Below are positions 23,653 through 33,124 of a stretch of DNA of 43,483 nt, one piece after another; positions within the stretch are counted from its first letter, which is position 1; every line of letters begins with the position of its first letter. The notes beneath the pieces were generated by a model that did not search any database, was not told the DNA's origin, and worked only from the letters and a program-made list of their open reading frames with translations. Source of the DNA: a virus (Duplodnaviria > Caudoviricetes); the IMG/VR virus record IMGVR_UViG_3300026534_000004, positions 1 through 43,483 of that record, one strand, 5' to 3'. Position numbers and translations under genes: made by a program.

Positions 23653-25232
23653 AGCCTGTCCCATTCAAAGAGGCCATCGCCTGGGCCAGAAAGCAGAAGG
23701 TGGTGCTGCCGACAGAGTATTACGGTCTGCTTCAGGGCCGTGCGCGGGCCGCGGCGTTCTCCATCTCTGGCATGTCCGTGCTGGACCAGATCGAGCGGGT
23801 CAAAACCAGCCTCGATCGAGCCATGGAACAGGGCCAGAGTTTCGGCAAGTGGAAGAAGGCGGTCGCCGCCGGCGAAGTGCCGCTCGATCTGCCCGCGCAT
23901 CGCATCGAGACCATCTTCCGCACCAATGTCCAGGGCTGGTATGCCGCGGGGCGCTGTCGTTCGCACCAGGCCAACAAGGCCAACCGCCCCTATCTCATGT
24001 ACTCCGCCGTCAACGACAGCCGCACACGACCGGCACACGCCGCCATGCATGGGTTCATCGCTCAGGTGGACGACCCCATCTGGCGCACCTGGACTCCGCC
24101 GGCGGGGTTCAACTGCCGCTGCACCCTCATCAGCCTTTCCGAGGCCGAGGCCAAGCAGCGCGGCTTCAAGCCGTTTCCAGGCGCGACGCCGGACATAGGC
24201 TGGGACTATTCCCCATGTCACGACGGCCCGGAGGAAGGCGTCGTCCGCGCCATCGAGGGGCGCAAGGGGCGATGCGGACGGGGGATGGACGTCGATCCGG
24301 TCGAGCACATCGCCGCCGAGCTGGCCCAGCGGGAGCCGGGGTGGTGCGTGCATCCGGCGTTGAAACAACTCCTCGATCAGCTGCAAGGCCCGCTTGATGA
24401 ATGGGACGATCCGGAACGGCTGGCACGCATCGTGTTGGGCGAGGACGACTGGCGCAGACGATCCGAATCCGCCATCATCAGGAGCGCATCCGCCGCGGCC
24501 GGCGTCGACCTGCCGCACGGCGTGATCCTGAACGCCTACACCGACCGTGGTCTCGACATCTGGAAAGAGGCATTGCTGCTCGGCCGTGTTATCGTTCACG
24601 AATCCAGCCTGCGTGGCTGGACTGAAGCGCGCATCCACAAGGCGGGGCTGTTCCTGCACTTGCTGAACGAAGCGGTCAGCCAGCTCAAGCCGGAGCGAGG
24701 CACCTTTTACCGCCTCGTCGATACCCGCCCGCGTGGGTTCGGGCAGCGGTTTCGGGAGCAGCACAAGGCGGGGAACACCATTGAGTTTGCCGTTCCAACG
24801 TCTGTCATGCGGTCGCTCAATGATCTTGAAAATGGTGGTTATTCTGGCGATATGGTGGTCGAACTGGAGGCCGCGTCTGCGCGCGATATCCAGGCGTTTT
24901 CCGTCAGGAATGAGCCGGAGCTACTCTTACCGATGGGCACGCAGGCTATAATCAAATCAACCGATGAAGGATCGGTTGTCGCAATTGAGGATGGATCAGT
25001 GAGATCACTACCAGCAAACAAAAAGTTCTCCGCGGATGACGAATATCAGCGCCGTGCTGCTGAAAACAGCAAATGGCTCAAGAACTACCTTGCCGAAATC
25101 AAGTCCGGCAAGCGCCGTGCCGTGGTCCACGCCCGCTGGCAGCTCGAAGCCGGCGCACCCGTCACCGAACAGCAGCTCAAGCGCTGGCGGGAGTGGGATC
25201 CGAAAGCTGACCACACCGTGAAGGAAAAGTGA
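23649..25232 (+). CDS. MuF minor head protein with C-terminal ADP-ribosyltransferase-like domain
   Basis: MuF motifs ETIFRTN, YSAVNDSRTRPAH, PPAGFNCRC; C-terminal FYR...PTSV...NEPELLLP (R-S-E ART pattern). Confidence 0.8.
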   Translation: MKPVPFKEAIAWARKQKVVLPTEYYGLLQGRARAAAFSISGMSVLDQIERVKTSLDRAMEQGQSFGKWKKAVAAGEVPLDLPAHRIETIFRTNVQGWYAAGRCRSHQANKANRPYLMYSAVNDSRTRPAHAAMHGFIAQVDDPIWRTWTPPAGFNCRCTLISLSEAEAKQRGFKPFPGATPDIGWDYSPCHDGPEEGVVRAIEGRKGRCGRGMDVDPVEHIAAELAQREPGWCVHPALKQLLDQLQGPLDEWDDPERLARIVLGEDDWRRRSESAIIRSASAAAGVDLPHGVILNAYTDRGLDIWKEALLLGRVIVHESSLRGWTEARIHKAGLFLHLLNEAVSQLKPERGTFYRLVDTRPRGFGQRFREQHKAGNTIEFAVPTSVMRSLNDLENGGYSGDMVVELEAASARDIQAFSVRNEPELLLPMGTQAIIKSTDEGSVVAIEDGSVRSLPANKKFSADDEYQRRAAENSKWLKNYLAEIKSGKRRAVVHARWQLEAGAPVTEQQLKRWREWDPKADHTVKEK

Positions 25233-25325
25233 CCACCCACCTCAACCACTGATTCCTCCAGCCTGCTGAAATACCCCCAGGCCACTTGCGACCTTTTCCG
25301 CTGACGGTCCGCCGCGCCGCCGTGT

Positions 25326-25343
25326 TGGTGCAATATTGCACCA
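25326..25343. promoter_or_regulatory. Perfect 18-bp palindrome upstream of the head genes
   Basis: TGGTGCAATATTGCACCA in the only sizeable late-region intergenic gap. Confidence 0.55.
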
Positions 25344-25358
25344 TTACGCAATCTCGCC

Positions 25359-26348
25359 ATGCCGACTACCCTCGCCGGCATGAGTGCAAAAACCAACATC
25401 CTGCGCTGCCTGGCGCACAGCCCGATCGAACTGCGGGCCAACTCGAACGAGGGTGGTGACAATCGAGCCCGCGTCGCTGGCGTCATCAATTCCGGCGGCG
25501 CCATCAAAGACTTCTTCCGCCCATTCGTGCTCGACATGGCCAGCATCCAGGTGGCCGACAATCTCCCCATCCTCTACCAGCACGACCATCGCAAAGTCAT
25601 CGGTAAGGCGACTGAGGTTCGCAATGATGGCCAATCTCTGAATCTGGCGTCTGGCTATTTGCTCGACGACATTGACGAGACCGCCGCAGAGATCCGAGAC
25701 AAGGCGCAGGCCGGCATCGCTTACCAAATGAGCCCCGGCATCTATGACTTCAACGTCGAGCGCATCGAAGCGGGCAATGATGTCAACGTCAATGGACGAA
25801 CCTTTCATGGCCCCATCGACATCTACCGCAATGGCGTCGTGCGAGAGGTGTCCATCGTGATCCTCGGAGCGGACGCTGACACCTCCGCCGTCTTGCTATC
25901 GCTCGATGGCGAATCCAATCAACCACAGCAATCGGAGGGCGACATGCCTGACAACACCCAAGCAATGGAGCGGCTTCAGGCCGAAGTCGCCGAACTCAAA
26001 CAGCAACTCGAAGCCGCCACCAAGGAGCGCGATGCCGCCAAACAGCAGCTTGAAGCGCAGAAAAAAATGGCCAGGCTGACTGCTGTGCGTGACCTGTTCA
26101 AACAGCTCGGGCGCGACATTTCCGATGACGGCGTCAAGCCGTACCTCGAAATGTCGGACGAGCATTTCGAGGCATTGCGGAAAGACATGCTCGAACTGCG
26201 CGCCAAGCCCGAACACGCCAAGTCCGAACTGCCGGCATCACTGTTCACCGAAACGGCCACCGACGGCGACGTGACCAAGAGTGGCCAGGGCAGCGCCAAG
26301 TTCAACCTGAACGTCATTGACATCTACGCCAAACGGAGGAACGCCTGA
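25359..26348 (+). CDS. Prohead protease/scaffold
   Basis: PILYQHD, QMSPG, REVSIVILGAD, followed by a coiled-coil scaffold region. Confidence 0.85.
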   Translation: MPTTLAGMSAKTNILRCLAHSPIELRANSNEGGDNRARVAGVINSGGAIKDFFRPFVLDMASIQVADNLPILYQHDHRKVIGKATEVRNDGQSLNLASGYLLDDIDETAAEIRDKAQAGIAYQMSPGIYDFNVERIEAGNDVNVNGRTFHGPIDIYRNGVVREVSIVILGADADTSAVLLSLDGESNQPQQSEGDMPDNTQAMERLQAEVAELKQQLEAATKERDAAKQQLEAQKKMARLTAVRDLFKQLGRDISDDGVKPYLEMSDEHFEALRKDMLELRAKPEHAKSELPASLFTETATDGDVTKSGQGSAKFNLNVIDIYAKRRNA

Positions 26349-26710
26349 TGGCTATCACTGAAACCAATCGCAATGGAGAGGTGCTGCTCTCGGAAGCCAA
26401 CGGCGTACTGAGCCGTGAAGTCATCACCATCGCCTCAGGCCAGAACCTGCAAGCCGGCACCGTGCTTGGCCAGGTCACCGCATCCGGCGAGTACGTAGCG
26501 CTCAATCCAGCGGCCAGCGACGGTTCACAAAAAGCCGCCGCCGTCCTGCTATACGACATCGATGCCAGCGCGGCATCCGCCAAGGCCACCGCCCTGGTCC
26601 GCCTGGCCGAAGTGGCATCCGACTTGCTCGTGTGGCCCGCCGGCATCACCGCGGCGCAGATCTCTACCGCACTCGGCCAGCTGGCCGATAACTATGTCAT
26701 CGCCAGATAA
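26348..26710 (+). CDS. Head decoration protein
   Basis: SREVITIASGQNLQAGTVLG...DGSQKAAAVL. Confidence 0.85.
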   Translation: MAITETNRNGEVLLSEANGVLSREVITIASGQNLQAGTVLGQVTASGEYVALNPAASDGSQKAAAVLLYDIDASAASAKATALVRLAEVASDLLVWPAGITAAQISTALGQLADNYVIAR

Positions 26711-26722
26711 GGAGACCCGATC

Positions 26723-27709
26723 ATGCCGATGGTAGACCCCTTTACCCCGGACGCATTCAAGCTGCTGACGCTGACCGCGATCATCAACAACCTGGATTAT
26801 GAGCCGATGCGATTGGGCGAACTCGGCCTGTTCGAAGAGCAGGGCATCACCACCCTGGACGCGGTGATTGAAGAGGACAACGGTGTCCTGGCTCTGGTGG
26901 ACGTGGCACCCCGTGGCGCCCCCGGCAAGGTAATCACCGGCTCCAAGCGCAAGGTGTACAGCTTCCGCGTGCCGCACCTGCCTGAAAGAGCCTCCATCAT
27001 GGCTGACGAGTCGCAGAGCGCGCGCACCTTAGGCACCGGGAACGGCGCCGAACTGGTGCGAAACCGCATCGAGGATCGCCTGAAGGCGATGCGGCGCAAC
27101 ATCGACTACACCATCGAGGCCCACCGCATGGCGGCGCTGCAGGGCAACTTCTATGACGTGAACGGCACTCTCAAGAGCCTGTTCACCGAGTTCGGTGTGA
27201 CTCAGACCACCGTCACCATGACGTTGTCGTCGGCCACCACCAAGGTGCGCCAGGTCGTGCTTGACATCCTCAAGAGCATGGAAGACGGCCTGGCTGGCAC
27301 TCCATTCACCACCCCGCGTGCGCTGTGTTCCGACGGTTTCTGGCGTGCCTTCATCGAGCATGACGCTGTAAAGGCTGCGTTCGACCGGTACGAGCAGGGC
27401 GCCAACCTGCGGCAGGACCCGCGTGCCGGGTTCGAGTATGCCGGTGTGATCTGGGAGCGCTATCGCGGTAACACCCAGGTCGCTGTGCCGGCCAACGAGG
27501 CCATCGTGGTGCCCGACGGCGTGCCCGGCCTGTTTATCACCCGCTTCGCCCCGGCCGACTACAACGAGACCGTGAATACTGTCGGTCTGCCGTATTACGC
27601 CAAGGGCGAGCGCATACGGTTCGACAAGGGCTGGGACATCGAGGTCCAGTCCAACCCGATCAACCTTTGCACGCGGCCGGCCTCCCTGATCCGCGTCGTC
27701 GCCGCCTGA
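26723..27709 (+). CDS. Major capsid protein (lambda E-like)
   Basis: LGLFEEQG, PRGAPG, FAPADYNETVNT.GLPYYAK, QSNPINLCTRP. Confidence 0.92.
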   Translation: MPMVDPFTPDAFKLLTLTAIINNLDYEPMRLGELGLFEEQGITTLDAVIEEDNGVLALVDVAPRGAPGKVITGSKRKVYSFRVPHLPERASIMADESQSARTLGTGNGAELVRNRIEDRLKAMRRNIDYTIEAHRMAALQGNFYDVNGTLKSLFTEFGVTQTTVTMTLSSATTKVRQVVLDILKSMEDGLAGTPFTTPRALCSDGFWRAFIEHDAVKAAFDRYEQGANLRQDPRAGFEYAGVIWERYRGNTQVAVPANEAIVVPDGVPGLFITRFAPADYNETVNTVGLPYYAKGERIRFDKGWDIEVQSNPINLCTRPASLIRVVAA

Positions 27710-27721
27710 TAGGGGGGTGCC

Positions 27722-28060
27722 ATGAAGATCAAGCTGACTGGAACCAACTTGGTGGTGAACGGCGAGACCGTCGAGGACGGCAGCCGCTGCGAGATTGGCG
27801 AGGCCGAGGCCCTGGCGTTGATCGACCGCGGCCTGGCCGTGCCGGATGACGGCGCTGCCGAGCCTTCTTCCGACGACGATCGTCACGCACTGATCGTGGA
27901 CGCCATCCGCGATCTGATCGAATCCGATCCGGAGCGTGCGGACGATTCCATTTGGACCAAGTCCGGCAAGCCGGACATCAAGGCCCTCGAATCGTTGCTC
28001 GGTTTCGACGTCACCGCCGCCGAGCGCGATGCGGCCATGGCCGAGGCCATTGACGGGTGA
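27722..28060 (+). CDS. Virion-associated hypothetical protein
   Basis: WTKSGKPDIKALE..LG..VTAAERD motif, located after the capsid gene. Confidence 0.65.
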   Translation: MKIKLTGTNLVVNGETVEDGSRCEIGEAEALALIDRGLAVPDDGAAEPSSDDDRHALIVDAIRDLIESDPERADDSIWTKSGKPDIKALESLLGFDVTAAERDAAMAEAIDG

Positions 28061-28494
28061 CCACACCGTACACCAGCGCGGCGTTATTGATTGATCGGTA
28101 TGGTGAGGAGGAGCTGATTCAGCTCACCGACCGCACCGGAACCGGATCGATTGATGACGTCGTGCTGGACCAATCGATCGCTGCCGTCAGCGATTGGGTG
28201 GATACCCAGGTCCGCAACCGATATGTCGTTCCGCTGAAAACGCCGCTTCCGAACGATGCCATTGCGGCGATCAATGAGCTCGTTCGACACGATCTTTATG
28301 TGCAGCAGGGCACCGAGGAGGTGCATGAGCGGCAGAAGTCGGCGGCGCGCTACTGGTACGACATCCGTGATGGCCGCACCTCACTGCCGGGTCAGACCCC
28401 TGCCGACAGCGGCGGGGTGATCGCGTCAGGCAAGCGGACCATGGTGTTCACCGACGACTACTTTGCACACATGCCCGGTGGCATCGGATCATGA
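28057..28494 (+). CDS. Head-tail adaptor (Mu gp36/DUF1320-like)
   Basis: YTS...RYGEEELIQLTD...RYVVPL. Confidence 0.8.
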   Translation: MTTPYTSAALLIDRYGEEELIQLTDRTGTGSIDDVVLDQSIAAVSDWVDTQVRNRYVVPLKTPLPNDAIAAINELVRHDLYVQQGTEEVHERQKSAARYWYDIRDGRTSLPGQTPADSGGVIASGKRTMVFTDDYFAHMPGGIGS

Positions 28495-28988
28495 GCGGGG
28501 CATCCGTCACCGTTGATGATGGAGAGCTCCGAAAGCTCCTCAACCGATTGCAGCGGAAATTGGGAGACATGAGCCCCATCATGGACGAGATTGGCGCGAC
28601 GGTGGCGGACAATGTCCGCCTTGGGTTCAACGATGGCCGGGACCCCTGGGGCCATTCGTGGGCGCCATTGTCGCCCGTCACGATCTACAGGCGCCGCAAA
28701 AAATCGAGCCGGCCGCTGAGGGATACCGGACGGCTCATGAACAGCATCACGCACAAAGCGGGACGTGATTATGCCGTGGTCGGCACGAACGTCGAATATG
28801 CCGGAACGCACCAGTTCGGAGTTCGCAAAGGCCAATTCGGAAAGACCAGGCGTGGCGCCCCCATTCCCTGGGGCCGTATTCCGGCGAGACCTTTTCTCCC
28901 GTTGCGTGATGGCGTGGCGGCCATTCCGCGCGAGTGGAGCGACGAAATCATCGGCATTTTGAATCGGCACATTGGGGAATCCCTATGA
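28491..28988 (+). CDS. Phage virion morphogenesis protein (Mu gpG-like)
   Basis: WAPLSP, LRDTGRLMNSI, VGTNVEYAGTHQFG, IPARPFL. Confidence 0.88.
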   Translation: MSGASVTVDDGELRKLLNRLQRKLGDMSPIMDEIGATVADNVRLGFNDGRDPWGHSWAPLSPVTIYRRRKKSSRPLRDTGRLMNSITHKAGRDYAVVGTNVEYAGTHQFGVRKGQFGKTRRGAPIPWGRIPARPFLPLRDGVAAIPREWSDEIIGILNRHIGESL

Positions 28989-29368
28989 TCCAGGCGCTCA
29001 TTCCAGTCATTGCAGGCATCATCGGCAAGCTTGTCGATCGCGCGGTTCCCGACAAGGATCAGGCGGAACAGCTCAAGGCGCAATTGCAATCTCAATTGCT
29101 CGCCATGCGGCATCAAGAGTTCCGTGCCGCCGCGGACATCATCATTGCGGAAGCCACTGGCGAAAGCTGGCTGCAGCGTTCATGGCGGCCGATCGTCATG
29201 CTCACATTCTGTGGGCTCATCGTCGCACGCTGGCTTGGGTTCACGGCGCCCAATCTCACGGAGCCGGAATATCTTGCGCTTTGGGACATCGTCAAGATCG
29301 GCCTTGGCGGCTACGTCGTCGGGCGGAGCGCGGAAAAGGTGACGAAAGCGTGGACACAGCAAAAGTAA
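28985..29368 (+). CDS. 3TM holin
   Basis: AEATGESWLQRSWRP motif, hydrophobic helices, GRSAEK end. Confidence 0.8.
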   Translation: MIQALIPVIAGIIGKLVDRAVPDKDQAEQLKAQLQSQLLAMRHQEFRAAADIIIAEATGESWLQRSWRPIVMLTFCGLIVARWLGFTAPNLTEPEYLALWDIVKIGLGGYVVGRSAEKVTKAWTQQK

Positions 29369-29379
29369 CGACGCAAAAG

Positions 29380-29688
29380 ATGACGACCGAAGCAGAACGA
29401 CTTGCGCGGATCGAGGCGCGCGTGGATGGCATGTACTCCGAGATGCAATCCATGCGGCGCCTGATGGAGCGCCAGATCCGCGTCGAGGAACAGCATGCGC
29501 GGCACGCGGAATCGATCCAGCGCATGGGATCGAAGATTGAGCGACTTGAAACAAGAATGGAGGCAATCGAACGCGCCGTGCATCACAACAATTGGACCAT
29601 CTCCAGGTGGGAACGCTACATCTGGTTGGCTGTCACTTCTGGAATGGGGCTGATCATCTGGGCCATCAAAGTCGGAGTTCATCCATGA
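29380..29688 (+). CDS. Coiled-coil protein with C-terminal TM (lysis accessory/XhlA-like)
   Basis: MTTEAERLARIE... coiled coil and terminal TM helix. Confidence 0.6.
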   Translation: MTTEAERLARIEARVDGMYSEMQSMRRLMERQIRVEEQHARHAESIQRMGSKIERLETRMEAIERAVHHNNWTISRWERYIWLAVTSGMGLIIWAIKVGVHP

Positions 29689-29924
29689 TCGTGCTCGCTT
29701 ATCTGAAAAATATCGGCATCGCCATCGATCAGATGTTTAACGCGCTGTTTGCCGGCGATCCCGATGAAACGCTCTCTTCACGCATGGGTAAAGCGATCAG
29801 AGAGGATCGTTGCAGAATCTGCAGACCGATTTGCAAGCTGCTCAACTGGCTCGACCATCGTCCTGGGCGCCATTGCTTGATGGCAATCGAAGAAGATGAA
29901 GGAGCCAATGATCTCACGAGGTGA
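29685..29924 (+). CDS. Conserved phage hypothetical protein
   Basis: NIGIAIDQMFNALFAGDPDETLSSR...HC motif. Confidence 0.7.
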   Translation: MIVLAYLKNIGIAIDQMFNALFAGDPDETLSSRMGKAIREDRCRICRPICKLLNWLDHRPGRHCLMAIEEDEGANDLTR

Positions 29925-29932
29925 AATGAATC

Positions 29933-31216
29933 ATGAGTGATCTGATTCGCCGGTTTTTCGATGATTTTTCGTCGAATGACAGAGCATTGCGGGCAATGGG
30001 TTACAGCCAAGGCTCTCAGCGGCTTGCACGTTTGATGGATGAAGCGAACCTCGACGCAAATCACATTTGGGTGAAGGCAGAACCCATTGGAACGGCGCAC
30101 ATTGATTTGTCCAAGAAAATTGGCGTTGCCGTCAGCAAATATCGCGACGGGACCGTCAACGGTCCGACAAATATACGCAAAGTTGGAACTGAATTCTGGG
30201 TCTGTAATTACTATTCACAAATTTCTCGATTTGACGAGAACTGGAGTTTCCTTGGTTATTGGGGGCGTTTTGGGGACGCTATAAATACTGCTCTTTATAA
30301 TTCTGTTCGAGATATTGCCGTCGATGAAGCAAATGATCGTGTGTTCATTGTGATGTCAAACAATAATAGAGTTCGCTGTTTTTCATTGAGCAGTGCCGAT
30401 CACATTTGGTCTTGGGGGGATGGATCAAAAGGCGATTATGCGACGAATCAACCGGACTTCCCATGTTCATGTGAGGTATTACCGAATGGTAATCTGGCTG
30501 TTGCAGTTAAAAATGGTCGCGGGACTATTGGCGGCCAAGAAGGCATATATGGTGGGTATATTGCCGAATTGGATGCCGAAACAGGCAATCCAGTTGCATG
30601 TCGACTGATGAAAAAGACGGATGGTTATCCTTGGCAGGATGAAGTTTCTCTGCCTACGCAAATCCGCATCCTCAATGGTCGACTCTATATATCAAACAAT
30701 GATATTAACTTGATTGGCGTATTCGATCCTACCACATGGGATTACATCGAGACGTTTGCGCGTCCTGCCGGATTCGATGTGCAAAGCGTCTATCCGAATG
30801 GTATTTGCCTCAATGATGCTGGAGACCAGTTGGTAGTTGCAGCGAATTCTCCGAAATTAGTCGTTGCGCTTGGTCTGACAGATCACGATTACAAGTGGCA
30901 TTCCGGAACAGCCGGGTGGGATGATCGTGTTTCAGCGGAAAACAAACCGGGCGAGTTTTTTAGCATTAATGGCATATTGCCGATTGGGAATGGGTTTTAT
31001 GCTGTTGCCGATATGGGGAACAATCGCGTCTCTATTGTTCCAGAGTTCAATTATTTTCCAGTCCAATATCAATTCTCTGTGCCGCCTGGATACCGACTTG
31101 TCAAAGAACAATTGCCGCCAGGGTTTGACCCATCGACAGGAATCTTGATGGTGCATATTGCAGAACTCCAGAATGTTTCGCCGATCTATCTGGCTTGTGA
31201 GAGGGAGGCTGCGTGA
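29933..31216 (+). CDS. NHL-repeat/beta-propeller protein
   Basis: Repeated DIAVD..VFI..NNRV, VADMGNNRV, PNGICLN blades; lower GC than flanks. Confidence 0.7.
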   Translation: MSDLIRRFFDDFSSNDRALRAMGYSQGSQRLARLMDEANLDANHIWVKAEPIGTAHIDLSKKIGVAVSKYRDGTVNGPTNIRKVGTEFWVCNYYSQISRFDENWSFLGYWGRFGDAINTALYNSVRDIAVDEANDRVFIVMSNNNRVRCFSLSSADHIWSWGDGSKGDYATNQPDFPCSCEVLPNGNLAVAVKNGRGTIGGQEGIYGGYIAELDAETGNPVACRLMKKTDGYPWQDEVSLPTQIRILNGRLYISNNDINLIGVFDPTTWDYIETFARPAGFDVQSVYPNGICLNDAGDQLVVAANSPKLVVALGLTDHDYKWHSGTAGWDDRVSAENKPGEFFSINGILPIGNGFYAVADMGNNRVSIVPEFNYFPVQYQFSVPPGYRLVKEQLPPGFDPSTGILMVHIAELQNVSPIYLACEREAA

Positions 31217-31638
31217 TTCTCGATCATGAGTATCACATCCGCCAGCGCCTTGCAGGAATCCAAAATTGCCGAGGCGTTCATGGCATGATTGATTTTGACG
31301 AGCGCACGGCCGCCGGCAAACAGCTCCCAGCCATTTTCGTCGGCACCGACGGCTATCGCGTCTCTCATCTCGCCGGGCAGAACCGCGCGGCACAGATCGA
31401 CATTCGATGGCTGATCGTGATCGCCGGAAGAAACGTGGCGAACATACGAGACGGGCAACCCGCAAGAGAAAGCGTTTCCAGCGTTGCAGGAGAGGCGTTT
31501 TCCCGGCTTCTCGGCTGGTTGCCGCCCAATTGCCAGGCATTCACCCCGAATGACGGCTACCGCCCCATTCATCAATCCGGGCTGTTGCTGTTCCCACTGA
31601 TCTTCACGTCACGCATGCTCATCGAGGCCGCACCATGA
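31213..31638 (+). CDS. Tail terminator (Mu gp37-like)
   Basis: Position, plus PAIFV..DGY, WLIVIA, LLGW.P, FPL.F. Confidence 0.7.
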   Translation: MILDHEYHIRQRLAGIQNCRGVHGMIDFDERTAAGKQLPAIFVGTDGYRVSHLAGQNRAAQIDIRWLIVIAGRNVANIRDGQPARESVSSVAGEAFSRLLGWLPPNCQAFTPNDGYRPIHQSGLLLFPLIFTSRMLIEAAP

Positions 31639-31790
31639 AAGTGAAACTGCTCAAACCGCACGAACACCAGGGGCGTCGTCGGTTGCCTGGCGACATCCTC
31701 GACCTGGATGAATCGACGGCCCAATGGCTCATCGATATCGGCGTCGCCGAAGCGGCGCCCAACCGTAAACCCAAAACCACAGGAGACTGA
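31635..31790 (+). CDS. Small tail-region protein
   Basis: MKVKLLKPHEHQGRRRLPGDILDLDESTAQWLIDIGVAE; ATGA-coupled. Confidence 0.7.
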   Translation: MKVKLLKPHEHQGRRRLPGDILDLDESTAQWLIDIGVAEAAPNRKPKTTGD

Positions 31791-31792
31791 CC

Positions 31793-32545
31793 ATGGCCTA
31801 TTTCTCCGGACAGGGGCGCGTCTACATCGGCGCCCGTGATGCCGCCGGCAATCCGCAGGGGCTCAAATATGTGGGCAACGTGCCTGAACTGAAAGTGTCG
31901 CTGTCGGTGGAGACCCTGGAGCACCAGGAGTCCACCAGTGGCCAGCGGCTTACCGACCTGCAGCTGATCAAGACAAAAAAGGGCGAGTTCTCCTGCACTC
32001 TCGAGGAACTGGTGGCCGTCAACCTGGAACTGGCCCTCTACGGCACCACTACCCAGGTCGCGTCGGGTTCCGTTACCGGCGAGGCGTTGCCCAATCCCGT
32101 CACCCCTGGCAGCCTCTATCTGCTGGCGCATCAGAACGTCTCCTCGGTGGTTGTAAAGGACTCCTCCGCAACGCCGAAAACCCTGCCTGCCAGCCAGTAC
32201 ACGGTCAACGAAAAGCACGGCTCCATCGTGATCGACGACGCCACCACTGGCGGCCCCTACACCGAGCCGTTCACGGTGGATTACGCCTACGGCGCCGCGC
32301 AGAGCACCGCCATGTTCACTCAGCCGCTGCCCGAACGGTGGGTGCGTTTCGAGGGGCTGAACACCGCCGACAGCAACCGCGAGGTGGTGATTGACCTCTA
32401 CCGGGTCGCCATCAACCCGGCAAGCGAGCTTTCGGTGATCACGGACGAACTGCTCAAGTTCGAGCTGTCCGGGCAGGTGCTCGCCGATACCCTGAAGCCC
32501 GCCACCGGCGATCTTGGCCAGTTCGGCCGCATCGTACTGCTGTGA
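31793..32545 (+). CDS. Major tail tube protein
   Basis: YFSGQGRVY, VGNVPEL, HQESTSGQR, FEGLNTA. Confidence 0.85.
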   Translation: MAYFSGQGRVYIGARDAAGNPQGLKYVGNVPELKVSLSVETLEHQESTSGQRLTDLQLIKTKKGEFSCTLEELVAVNLELALYGTTTQVASGSVTGEALPNPVTPGSLYLLAHQNVSSVVVKDSSATPKTLPASQYTVNEKHGSIVIDDATTGGPYTEPFTVDYAYGAAQSTAMFTQPLPERWVRFEGLNTADSNREVVIDLYRVAINPASELSVITDELLKFELSGQVLADTLKPATGDLGQFGRIVLL

Positions 32546-32976
32546 TGGAGCCGATGAACGACGATCTGGAAACGCTCGCTGACGAAGGCGTGGAGCTGGA
32601 AATCGCCGGGAAGAAGCTGCACCTGCGCCCCCTGCGGGTGCGGCAAATTCCAGCTGTGAGCCGCGCGCTGGCGCCATTGGCCTCCGCGGACATGGACTGG
32701 AAATCGGACGATCCTGTCACCTGGCTGCCGCTGTTGGCAATGGGCGACCACCTCATCGAGGCGGTGGCCGCAGCGACCGATCAGCCGATGGAATGGGTGG
32801 GCGAGCTCCAGCCGGTGGAGTTCACTCGCCTGCTGGCGGCGTGCCTGGAGGTGAATGGCGATTTTTTTCGCCGACAGGTCGAACCGACTCTGGATACGGT
32901 GAACGGCCTGATGGACAAGATCGGCATGGCTGGTCCCGAATCGCCGTCCGCCTCGGCATCGCCCCAGGAGAGCTGA
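32545..32976 (+). CDS. Tail assembly chaperone (G); -1 frameshift gives G-T ending at 33131
   Basis: EVNGDFF ending at slippery T TTT TTT (32862-68); the -1 frame is open to 33131. Confidence 0.75.
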   Translation: MEPMNDDLETLADEGVELEIAGKKLHLRPLRVRQIPAVSRALAPLASADMDWKSDDPVTWLPLLAMGDHLIEAVAAATDQPMEWVGELQPVEFTRLLAACLEVNGDFFRRQVEPTLDTVNGLMDKIGMAGPESPSASASPQES

Positions 32977-33124
32977 TGGAAATGAGCGCCGCCGCAGTCA
33001 TGCGGCTGGCGCGGGCGGCCGAACTGGAAGAGCGCCGCCGCTTGCTCGAGTTCTCCGTCGCCATGCGCGCGGCCCAGGCGGACGAAAAAGGGTGGAAGCA
33101 ATGGATGAGAGAGATGGGAGAAGG

